Assembly: GCF_001194135.2 (NCBI RefSeq)
Contig: NC_068988.1
Location: 93,972,045 to 94,035,519, forward strand
Length of the DNA stretch: 63,475 bases
Direction of reading: 5' to 3'
Source: Octopus bimaculoides
Taxonomy: Eukaryota
Position numbers and translations under genes: made by a program. This document shows, in pieces, positions 53,008-63,475 of this stretch. Position 1 is the first letter of the stretch; each line of letters opens with the position of its first letter. Under the pieces are notes generated by a model that was not told the origin of the DNA, made no database searches, and was given only the letters and a program-made list of their open reading frames with translations.

Positions 53008-53109
53008 TATATTGTTTAAAGTACATACTTGGACCGTTTTAGTATTGGAGCATTTCCCCATTAAAACTGCTAAAAAAATATTATCAAATGTTGTGTAATA
53101 AAGCTACTC

Positions 53110-53340
53110 AGGTGAAGGCTCGTGGAGCAGTGGTCAATGTGTTGTACTCGCGATTGCTAGATCGTGAGTTCGATTCCCAGACCAGGAGGTGCATTGTGTT
53201 CTTGAGCAAAACACTTCATTTCACTCTTCTCCAGACTACTCAGCTGTAAATAATAACCCTGCGATGGACCAAGGTCCCTTCCAGGGAACCGGAAAACCAG
53301 CCTTATGCTTCTTACGGAGTAATGTAGACTAACCGAAGCA
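53110..53340 (+). mobile_element. SINE family C
   Basis: gtggagcagtggtcaatg...gagttcgattcccag...ttgtgttcttgagcaaaacacttcatttcac...cctgcgatggacc. Confidence 0.75.
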
Positions 53341-53770
53341 ACTTAAGGAAACAAAAATAAAAAAAAAACTATTTCTTTCGCTTTAAGCAATTTGTTTTTA
53401 TTAGAAAAAGAAGTCTGAGCAATATACTCATTTCTAGTATTTACCAGCTTCAGTAAGATTTGAACCCACAATAAGTAAACAATTAAAAACTGTAATACAT
53501 TTCTTTTTAATTTCTTTCCGTGCTGCAGCCTTCCATATGTTTTCATGACGTATGAAATGAATCGGATCGACTACAGCATACATCGTACACCAGCTTGTAT
53601 TTCAACTTCTCAGGAGAGATGAACTGAAAAGCCAATCTCAGAATAACTCGAAATTAGAACTTTTATGAATGAAACACCGTATTCCATTTGACACCCAAGC
53701 CTTTATCATACCATGCCGTGTATCTATTTTCTTGATGTTAACACCAGCTTTATATTCAGATTGTTTCATT

Positions 53771-53801
53771 GCTAACAGATTTTTATATTTGTTTTGTTTA
53801 G
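53771..53801 (+). promoter_or_regulatory. Branch point, T-rich tract and AG acceptor of a 5'-UTR intron of the RD3-like gene
   Basis: GCTAAC at 53771-53776, T-rich tract, TTTAG ending at 53801, 28 nt before the ATG. Confidence 0.7.
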
Positions 53802-53829
53802 GTTAAGTTTGAAGTAAGGCGATTGCAAC

Positions 53830-55116
53830 ATGTTTCAATCCGTGACGAAGTTTTTTACCAAACGAAATACAAAGCATCATAAAAGGTCATTTGATAAAGA
53901 TTACAATGCAGCGAACGCGTTCATACTTCTCGTCACAGAGAAAATGGAGGAATTATCAAATATCAAAACTCAAACTGCCAGCGATCGCTATGAAATTGAG
54001 TCTAATGAAAATAGCGAACAGAGTTCTGACAGTTACAGCTATTGCGATAACTTGAATACTAATGATTCTGCTGTTTATTACAAAAATAAAAATCTCTGTG
54101 ATTCACGCAGTGTTAGTGCAACAAATGTTAGAGAAAGGAGAAAACATTCGAGTTGTAATAAGAACGGATCTGTTTGTGAAAACGAAACACTCCAGAAAGA
54201 TATCATTTCTGCCGATAAATTCCCCGCAAATACACAAGTGGAATATGACCAGCTGAATAATCTACATGAATCAGGCTGTGCTAATTGGGATAATTCTAAA
54301 AAATGTATTAGCAGGAATAATTGCAAATTTAAGCGTCGAACTAAAGTTGATTATTCTTGGTTATTTGATAGAAAAAATATTCCACGATTGAACAGATTCG
54401 ACCGGGGGAAATTACGAGAATGTTGTCAGTTAATGACTTATGATCAGAGTATATTAGCATATGATGTACTTCAAAAACTCATTGAAGATATATCAGAACC
54501 GTCGGTTATCCCAGAAATATTAGATACCATTATTATGTATATACTTGGGCAAGAGAAAGAATCCGCAAGTTTTAAAGATCTCTTCAGGAGAAGAAACCTA
54601 ACCGAAATCTGCTGGCAAGGATACATGCGTCCCTTCGGCCTAATTTTATCAGCGCTTTTTCCGAAAAAATTTAAACAATCGCCTGATCCTGATCGTCAAA
54701 ATGAAGCAATCAAAATAGCAAGCGTTGTTAAAGAATCCCTTATGAAAAAATGCAATAAGGTTTTTGTGAATAAGGCTTCAACAGAAAGCGATGTATTCGA
54801 GTCACCAAATGAGGCTAAAGACATCAATGTAGTGTATGTTCAAAGAGTGGACCAGGACCGAGGACAAACAAGTGCACAGAAATCTTATGGGAATCAACAA
54901 TCATATAAACTTTGCAAAATAGATAAGTTTTATTTTAGAAATTCAAACAATATATTGTCAAATAGCATGTATAGATCTCAGATTTGCCGTTTACAACCTG
55001 CCAGCAGAGAAAGGATTAATAGTGAAGCACAATTCAGAAGAAGGAAAAGATTAATAAAGCGTCGTTCTCAAGCAGTAACTGTACGAGTGATTCGTGATTT
55101 CAACTCTAAGCCATAG
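53830..55116 (+). CDS. RD3: RD3 (retinal degeneration protein 3)-domain protein, divergent, 428 aa, single coding exon
   Basis: Only long, non-repetitive, stop-free ORF in the window. aa173-240 (VDYSWLFDRKNIPRLNRFDRGKLRECCQLM...LQKLIEDISEPSVIPEILDTIIMYIL) aligns with remembered human RD3 aa58-126 ([31 protein letters not shown]...[27 protein letters not shown]). N-terminal KRS...NAFILLVTEKMEEL resembles RD3 helix 1 (TRS...ETLMMELTGQMREA). ATG context GCAACATG with an in-frame TAA just upstream. The CDS is near certain; the family call is from memory. Confidence 0.8.
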   Translation: MFQSVTKFFTKRNTKHHKRSFDKDYNAANAFILLVTEKMEELSNIKTQTASDRYEIESNENSEQSSDSYSYCDNLNTNDSAVYYKNKNLCDSRSVSATNVRERRKHSSCNKNGSVCENETLQKDIISADKFPANTQVEYDQLNNLHESGCANWDNSKKCISRNNCKFKRRTKVDYSWLFDRKNIPRLNRFDRGKLRECCQLMTYDQSILAYDVLQKLIEDISEPSVIPEILDTIIMYILGQEKESASFKDLFRRRNLTEICWQGYMRPFGLILSALFPKKFKQSPDPDRQNEAIKIASVVKESLMKKCNKVFVNKASTESDVFESPNEAKDINVVYVQRVDQDRGQTSAQKSYGNQQSYKLCKIDKFYFRNSNNILSNSMYRSQICRLQPASRERINSEAQFRRRKRLIKRRSQAVTVRVIRDFNSKP

Positions 55117-55118
55117 AA

Positions 55119-55423
55119 AATAAACAATTAGAATAAATAAAGTTAACATCTGCCAATTTCGCCAGCATTTCTTATTTCTGACAATCTATAATTCATAGGA
55201 ATTCTTTGTTTCAGTGTTTGCATCTTTATTTTTATATATTCGGAATCCTATGATGAGACGAGAAACAAACACAAAGCAAAAAAAAAAAAACCCCAAAAAA
55301 CTGACATAAATAAAATATCTGAAAATTCAAAATATATTGTTGGTGGAAATACATAATATATTTTAGTATATAACAAAGCCATGCGCAATGTACGATGAGA
55401 AGACCATATTTCCTTGCAATAAA
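55119..55423 (+). terminator. Candidate polyadenylation signals of the RD3-like gene
   Basis: AATAAA at 55119, 55132/55136, 55309 and 55418. The background is AT-rich, so which one is used is unknown. Confidence 0.4.
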
Positions 55424-55913
55424 TGAGATACTGTAAGTTTTGTTACCATAAGAGTTCTATAGCAGATCTATGAAATATCCTAAATATTGATGACTAGATG
55501 AATCGAGGAGCTTTTATAATTAACAAGCAAATGGCACACAACCATGCACGAGTTAGTGAAGAGCACTGTATGTACGCACATATATACATACACACAAACA
55601 TGCATATATATTTTATAAATATAGTTAAATAAGATTTAGGTAAAAGCCTTTGTTTTGCAAAGTCCATCCACATTTATTGGTTACCGGATCTCTTCATACC
55701 ATGGAAATGCTCTTGCTACTAGATAAACATCAGGAATTCCATAATATTCGTAGAATTTATATATTTATATATAGATAAGAGATAGAATATAGATTGAACG
55801 ACATTCTTTATTTAAAAATTACTACAATTGTTTCTACACATCATTCTACCGGTAGAACATTGCTGGGATGACACGATTAACTTATTGAGTAGTCCTTATC
55901 ATCCATAAAATTC

Positions 55914-56309
55914 AACCACCGCAAAATTATAAACCTGTGAGTTCTGATATGCAACACAATACATCAACACACTTCGTCAGTATTATCCGCAGAAATACGA
56001 CAAAAAGGAAGACACGAGTTTGACAATAAGTACAAAGGGTGAAAGAAGTACAAAGGGTGAAAGAAGTACAAAGGGTGAAAGAAGCGAGAGGATAAGTAAG
56101 CGTGAGAGAGGAGTGTAATGGGATAGNNNNNNNNNNNNNNNNNNNNNNNNNNNNNNNNNNNNNNNNNNNNNNNNNNNNNNNNNNNNNNNNNNNNNNNNNN
56201 NNNNNNNNNNNNNNNNNNNNNNNNNNNNNNNNNNNNNNNNNNNNNNNNNNNNNNNNNAACCACCGCAAAATTATAAACCTGTGAGTTCTGATATGCAACA
56301 CAATACATC
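55914..56309 (+). repeat. 52-bp exact direct repeat (55914-55965 and 56258-56309) enclosing a 3x18-bp tandem repeat (56028-56081) and a gap
   Basis: Read directly; tandem unit aagtacaaagggtgaaag. Confidence 0.9.
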
Positions 56310-56359
56310 GTACCAAAGGTTTCTTACTCACAAAGATGAAGATTAGCATTTATTTAAAT

Positions 56360-56733
56360 AGTAACCAAAGTATGAAAGATAGGCGCAGGTATATGTTTTC
56401 AGTCGTGTTTGTTTGTTTGATCGTGAAGAAGATGTTTGAAGAACCGCTGGATGGATTCGGATGAAACTTTCAGGGATGTTTGGACTCGCAACTGGCACGA
56501 ACTGATTAGATTTTGTGATCAATCCGGTACTGGACAAGGATTCTGAATTATTTTTCCCGTTTTTTTCTTACTTAGCTTTTGAGAGCGGTCGGGTTCAATT
56601 TTAGTATTCTTGTTTGTGACAGCAGTCAAATTTATTTCAAATATTCTCATTTTAAAAATCATCTTTGGCTAATCGTTGAGAGGACATTGGTGTTGCCTTG
56701 GCAGAGGTATGCGCTCTCTGAGTGCTCTTGTTT
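56360..56733 (+). mobile_element. Non-autonomous Helentron (HINE/DINE-1-like) element
   Basis: (GTTT)n near the 5' end, ggatggattcggatgaaactttcaggg body, 3' end gccttggcagaggtatgcgctctctgagtgctcttgtt (sub-TIR plus GC(G/A)CTC/GAGTGC hairpin). The same 3' end recurs at 36356-36398. Confidence 0.55.
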
Positions 56734-56938
56734 TAGATTGTAATTGCTTTGCTGTCGTTTTTAATCAACCTTAGATTATCCCTACCTGATCAAAACTAAG
56801 ATGAGAGGAGTTCAACCACGAACATAGCGGCTTCATTTCAAATAGAATTTTAAACTACAGCTATTTTATGTCATCATTTCTAAAGACGGTAGTGTAGTAT
56901 TTGGCTGCTATTTCTGGCAATCTAATGACTGCATAAAC

Positions 56939-57280
56939 CAGTGACTTTCAACCGGCATTCACATCGCTCCGGGGGTCCATACAAAATTTTGCGGGGTCCA
57001 CGCAAGCAAAATAGAAAATTGGGTACCCACGTTAGTATTTTAAGTGCCCCCGAAAAAAGTTTGCTTTAGATGTATGTATTGGTGTTTATTGTAAGAAACA
57101 GCAAGGTTTCTTTCTCCGACATTTTACATAATTCAACCTACACAAGTTAATGTGTGAAAAACAAAATAAGAATTTTGAAAGTATCTATAAAACTAATTTT
57201 TAAACAACGAATGGGCATCGGGTTCCAGAATAAACAGTAATCAAAGCGGTCCATTGGTAAAAAGTGATTGAAAACCGGTG
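56939..57280 (+). mobile_element. hAT-like non-autonomous element, same family as 52752-53007
   Basis: Imperfect TIRs CAGTGACTTTCAAC and GATTGAAAACCGGTG; shared internal segment. Confidence 0.55.
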
Positions 57281-57692
57281 GTATAGATGTTGTTGTCTTC
57301 GCTTGTTTATAATATTGTGAGATCGAATCAGTCAACTAAATTTTTCAGTCTACTCTAAAGATTTGTAAAACAAAAATATTCCGCTGATTTCTTGAAAAAG
57401 TTGTGAACTTTAAATATAATCTCCTAGTAACTTTTATAGAGAAGATGTTATTTTCACAAAACTTTTTAAAAGTTTTTTTTTTAAATATATTCATAAATTT
57501 TATTTTTTATATTTTATAAATTTTACAATTTGAAAAAAATTATTAAAATTTATAAATTTCAAATTTATAAATAAAAAGAATATGTAGAAAATATTTCTTC
57601 TAGCTTTGCTGCCATTCATAACCAAGAAAAAAATATATAATAACGAAAAATTCAAAAATGTAAATGGTCTGAGAAAACAGAAACAACAGAAC

Positions 57693-57781
<89 letters not shown>

Positions 57782-58922
57782 TATACACGTTGAAACAAAG
57801 TAAAAAAACAAAACAAAACAAGATATAGAATAAAAAAAAATATTCAAGAATTAAAACTAAAAGATAATTTTCTTTTGAATTGCCGGGGAAAATACTAAAA
57901 AAAAAACAAAAAAAAAACAACAACTCAAAAACGGAAACAAAAGAAAAAAGTAAATAAAAACAAGGTTGGTCGCTGCACAATCTCTGTTGAATTATTTGCA
58001 GGCTGTAAACTGCAAGTGTATTAAAGCTTTCGCCAGAGCATAACACTACACGTAGCTTTGTGTCTGTGTTTAGTGGAACGAACACGCAAACATTTTCTAA
58101 ATTGCTTTTGTTGAATAAAATTAAATGTCGTTCTGATTGCTAGATCAGATCATATGTAAAACAAAACAACAACAACAAACAACAATACTAACTACAAAAA
58201 CAACCACAACAATAACAACAACAACGACGACGAAGGCGGCGACAGCAACACCAAATATTGAAAACAAATTATCGAAAAAAGTGCAAAAAGAAAAACGAGA
58301 TGCCGTCAATATAGAGGACGGATCCGCCAACCTTGCCCCCACCCCACCTCAACCATCAGAAATACTTGCGCAAAATAAAAAGCTCCATAGCATCAGCTTC
58401 CACCCCCAAAACCCACCCCACCCTCGCATCTACCCGCCACGAACAATAACTAGCACCAGCGCAACTAATTTATGATCACAACAACCTCTGCCAAAGTATT
58501 CACCCCCAATAAATAGCAACACCGCCATACACAATCCGGACCAGTCGTTGCAATTCACAATATCTCAACCACATCCGCAACAACAACAACAACAACAACA
58601 ACAACTACTACTACTACTACTACTACTACTGTCGTAGGACAAATCGCCTACATTAACAACAGTAACAAACGCAACGAAAGTGGTCGTTCGATGTGCTAGA
58701 AATAGCAGTTAAATTTATTTCGAATCCCAACGTAACCTCATAGAATAAGAGAAAGAATTTGAGCTACATAACAACAAGAACAACAACGATAACGTGACAA
58801 TACTAATAAAAGAAAGAAAAAAGAGCTGTAGAAAACGAAACACAAACAGTCACAGAGACAATGGCTGCGGCAATTGTTTTGTAAAATTACTTCACACAAC
58901 GAAAAATGTATCAACAGTGAAC

Positions 58923-58923
<1 letters not shown>

Positions 58924-58999
<76 letters not shown>

Positions 59000-59109
59000 T
59001 AATAATAATAATAAAAAATAATAATAATAATAATAATAATATTAATAATAACAATAATAATAATAACAATAAATAATAATAATAAATAATAATAATGATA
59101 ATAATAATG

Positions 59110-59149
<40 letters not shown>

Positions 59150-59356
59150 TGATAATAATAATTTTTATTAGCCACAGGGGCATAAATGAGGGGGACATCA
59201 CAAGAACAGTTAGCAAATTGTGTTGGGATTTTACATAAAGGATGGGAAGAAAGAAATGGAAAAGTCAATGAAATGCGATAAAAGTCTACAGTAATAATAA
59301 TGGTAATAATAATAATAATAATGAAGATGATGATGATGAGGATGATGATGATGATG

Positions 59357-59400
<44 letters not shown>
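58924..59400. repeat. Long (AAT)n and (GAT)n compound microsatellite region
   Basis: (AAT)n at 58924-59162; (AAT)n/(GAT)n at 59290-59400. Confidence 0.97.
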
Positions 59401-59844
59401 AATAAATGATTACAAATATAACAATATCAACATGTTCGTTGAAACGCATCTCCATCTACAATAGACAATTGAGCGCAACAAAGCTAGCAGTAACTAAACT
59501 GTGTTAGGGAGAAAAAAAAAAGAAAAATGATTAATGCGCAGTTTCTCCATTAGTGACTTTTGGAAAAGTATTAAGCAAGTGAAGAAACTTCCGACTTGTG
59601 TACAAAACAAACGCATGACATAAGAGACAGCGGTAACAAAGGGTAATCTATTGAAAAATCGGATATTCACGACGTGGACATGTGAAATGCCGTCGTTGTG
59701 TTTCCAAACTTAATTTTCGTTCATTTTTAAACGTCTGAATCTTGTGTGCAGTAACACAAACAACAACAACACATTACACACAAATATATATCTGTATGCA
59801 TGTGAGTGTGTATATGAATGTATATATATGTGTATGTTTATGTG

Positions 59845-59887
<43 letters not shown>

Positions 59888-60191
59888 NNNNNNNNNNNNN
59901 NNNNNNNNNNNNNNNNNNNNNNNNNNNNNNNNNNNNNNNNNNNNNNNNNNNNNNNNNNNNNNNNNNNNNNNNNNNNNNNNNNNNNNNNNNNNNNNNNNNN
60001 NNNNNNNNNNNNNNNNNNNNNNNNNNNNNNNNNNNNNNNNNNNNNNNNNNNNNNNNNNNNNNNNNNNNNNNNNNNNNNNNNNNNNNNNNNNNNNNNNNNN
60101 NNNNNNNNNNNNNNNNNNNNNNNNNNNNNNNNNNNNNNNNNNNNNNNNNNNNNNNNNNNNNNNNNNNNNNNNNNNNNNNNNNNNNNNNNNN

Positions 60192-60236
<45 letters not shown>

Positions 60237-60377
60237 CACATACAGACACATATGTGTATATATACATATATATATATGCATATATATATATATATATATG
60301 ATATATATATATATATATTATACATGCATACATATACACGCACACACACATAATATATATATATACATACATATATT

Positions 60378-60525
60378 AGCTTGCTTACAACCACATGGTT
60401 CCGGGTTCAGTCCCACTGCGTGGTACCTTGGGCAAGTGTCTTCAACTATAGCCTCGGATCGACCAAAGCTTTGTGAGTGGATTTGGTATACAGAAACTGA
60501 AAGAAGCCCGTCGTATATATATATA
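60378..60525 (+). mobile_element. SINE family A, head and CORE part
   Basis: gcttgcttacaaccacatggttccgggttcagtcccactgcgtggtaccttgggcaagtgtctt...gaaagaagcccgtcgtatata. Confidence 0.85.
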
Positions 60526-63475
60526 TCAGTTGAATACAGTTAAAGCAAAGTCTGGTTTTAACGTTTTTTTTATTATGGTATTTTAAGAAAATTAGCGCTT
60601 TTATACATAAATGTACTCATCAGATTTCAAATGTGTTTAACTGACAGCTGAGTTCTTGACAACTTTAGTATACCTCATAGAACGCTCCAACCAGCTGAAT
60701 TTTTAGAATAGCTTTTTGATGAATCCGCATGCTCTTAAATATCACAGTTTTCCAGGCGTACCGATATTCTGTAATTTGTTTATATTTATTAATCCACATC
60801 ATTGACTGATTGTTATATTATTGCTGTTATTTCCATTCAGAACAGGTTTGAAGATTTTAATAAATCGTTTTTATTTTATCCTTCTATATATAGGTTCGAT
60901 GATTTTAATTATCACGTTTCTCTTTCAGGCGTATCGACAGTAACAAGATGGTGGATTCCAACAGGACACACGGAAAGAAAAAGTACACTGTCCTGATGAG
61001 TTAATCGTAGTTATTCACCTATTTTTATAGATACAAATATATGAATAAGATACATGCATAAATAAAGACAAGCACATATGTACCGGCTCAATGTTTCTAC
61101 TCGATGAAAATTTTAATTTATTAATTATTTACAACAAATGAAACATTTGTTATTGTTGAAGAGATATATATATACACTCAATACTAGACAAAGGGAGATT
61201 GTGTGGCGTGTATTAATTTTCCAAGAGCATTAACTGGAAATAGCATCAACAGGGATACGCAATTGTCCAACAGATTTGTTTTGCTGGAAACTAATTCTGT
61301 CAAACTCTGGTTACAAGAACAGAATATATCAGTAACAAATTCCTTGTCACATTAGAATTGTGTCAGTGACCAGCTCACAGTTGTACGACAAAAATTTTGA
61401 CACATTTTGAAATCTAAATTTAATGTAAATTTAACACTTTGTTTTTCTGAATGGTACACAGTTTTTGATGAAGGTATTTGAAAGACAAATACAGTTTCGA
61501 AATTTTATAACAGGTTCTTCTTTCTAGCGGTTTGAATAAGTACACGATCAATATTTATTCCGCCCAAACGTTGCAACAATCATTTTTCTTTCGCTAGTTT
61601 CAGGCATTCGAGTGCAGCCATGTTGGGCTCCACTTTTTACGATGTAGTCGATTGGCCACACTGTTTATTTTATTGAACTTGAAAGGATTATAGGTAAAGT
61701 TGACCTGTATGGAACTTAAACTCATAACGTGAAACGCACTGAGATGTTAGTTTGTCCGTCACTCTGCTGCCCGGCATTTCGTAAACAATAAAGTAGTTTT
61801 TTGATTTCACGTGAATAAAGTTATCTTTCAAAGATCCTGACAAGTTTTAACATAACCGATTAGAAATTATGGAAGTGCAATTAAAATAGCTACCAGCGAA
61901 AGTCGAACTTGAACAGTGGACTCAGCTTTACCGGGAGATAAACTCACCATGGTGCTTTTGAAACACAAGAAATTATGTTCTTACATTTTACTTAATTTCC
62001 TCCACAATTCAGGAAATGACGGTGGATATGAAAAAAGAAAATAATAATCCGAGGCCGGCTGTCTTCAATTGTTCCTGTGCAAATTTCAACACCATATTTA
62101 TTGAAAAAGAACTTTCCCTCAAATAAAAGAATGGTATAAGGTCAGTCTCACTGAAATGTCAGTGTGCTAAACAAGGGGTGTTTTTAGGCTTAAGTGTACC
62201 TTTCTTTTCCTAGCTTTATTCCAATAATCCTTTTCGCCAAATAAATAAATGTTTACCTCGCTCGTGTTTTTTTTTGTTGTTGATTTACGTCAATGGCTGA
62301 TAGTGTCGACATCTGTCCGTTCATATCCTTCAGGCGTACATTTATAGACGTAGTGACACAAGCTAAGAAACACGGGGGTACGTCAGCTTTTGGAGTTGGG
62401 CAGAAAATACAGGAAGCGTATTCTTTTGTGGCTTTACCAAATATTACTTTAAACAGGGCTAACAGACTGGGAAATGATGGCTGCTAAATTAACAATCACC
62501 GCCATTTTAAACGTTGACACTTCAGCAAAAGACAAGAAAATAACAATGTTGAAAATGTTAAAGAATAATCTAAGCGAACTAACAATAAAACAACAGCAAA
62601 AATAACAACTAGTCACGTGTTCATTGGTAAAATAGACCAAAAGTATCAAAATAATTTGCCACATCTTCAACAAAGATTTATTTGAGTAAAAACACTTATT
62701 GTGTCATACGAGAAAGTATTATTAGGAAAACATCACAAAAGCAAACAAAATCAGTGAAATCGTTCGCTCAAACATTCAGATTTCTTAGTTTTTATTACCG
62801 TCTTCCTCTCCTCTTTCTTTCTTTTGTTTGTTTGCTTCCTTCTTTCTTTCTTTCTTTCCCTTTCTCTCTAATATCTGTATTGTTGTACAGCATTAACCCC
62901 AACAGCTTGACTGCTTCTTCTTAGACTCATCCGTTTTATTTGCTCAAGTTATAATTGAAGAAAAATGCTTTAGAATTAAGAGAGAGACCTTGCTTGATAT
63001 AAATGACAGTCAATATATTTCGAGCATGATTGAAGCAGAAACGAATCAAATGAAGAGAAGAACGAAAGCAAAAATTAATGAACATTTCAAAAAGGTGACC
63101 ATGAAAAGATGTAAAAAAAAAAAAGAAAAAGAAAATAAGAAGAAAGAGAAAAGGAGGATGAGGAGGAGGGGAAAAAATAGAGTGTGTTTATGTGTATGTG
63201 ACTGTTATACTATATTTCGTAAAATAGTTACAAAATTCAGGGGAGTTTGAGAAACGGTAACGCGCCATGATGAATTGTGAACAACAATCGGATTCCTTAT
63301 TTTAGTGGGTCAAGAGTAATTTTTTCTTTCATTTCTATTCAATAAAATAAGGATCACACATGGACTTGTGTCTATTAAATCGGTGTAAACTCCTGTATTA
63401 TGTAGTCTTCTGCAACGAATTGAATGATTTGGTATATATATTAATCCTCATCCTCTTATATAGATGTATATGTAT

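Noticed and set aside
54062-54326. Overlapping alternative-frame and antisense ORFs within the RD3-like CDS
   Set aside because: Short shadow ORFs of a real coding region with no independent support.
56028-56081. Short direct repeats as a possible CRISPR-like array
   Set aside because: Head-to-tail tandem units with no spacers, in a eukaryotic context with no cas genes.
58137-58475. 112-aa Thr/Gln/Pro-rich ORF
   Set aside because: Built largely from (CAA/ACA)n-like and C-rich low-complexity sequence, with a TTG start and no recognisable domain.
60595-60625. Hammerhead-like CTGATGAG-stem-AAAA on the minus strand (also CTGATGA words at 7927, 49063 and 60993)
   Set aside because: The conserved GAAA and stems I and III are missing.
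62293-62487. 64-aa ORF MADSVDICPF... with nearby TTACGTCA and GCCATTTT motifs
   Set aside because: No recognisable homology or splice context; length is within chance expectation. Cannot be excluded without RNA data.

Overview
AT-rich, microsatellite-dense animal genomic DNA with 16 N-gaps (about 5.6 kb), most flanked by simple repeats. The repeat content looks like an octopus (coleoid cephalopod) scaffold; that taxon call is inference. I can support one intact protein-coding gene: a 428-aa single-coding-exon ORF at 53830-55116 (+). Its core (VDYSWL...L..(D/E)R..L...C) matches the RD3 (retinal degeneration 3) family as I recall human RD3. The domain appears split by a ~110-aa Ser/Asn-rich insertion, and the protein has a long basic C-terminal extension. 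The rest is mostly mobile DNA: three tRNA-derived SINE families (over 30 copies or fragments), a mariner pseudogene fused tail-to-tail with an R4/Dong-type LINE fragment, further Tc1/mariner relics, R4/Dong and CR1-like LINE fragments, and hAT- and Helentron-like non-autonomous elements. Nearly all other ORFs in the supplied track are artefacts of microsatellites or N-runs. No CRISPR, rRNA or true tRNA gene was seen. All family assignments come from remembered motifs, not database searches.
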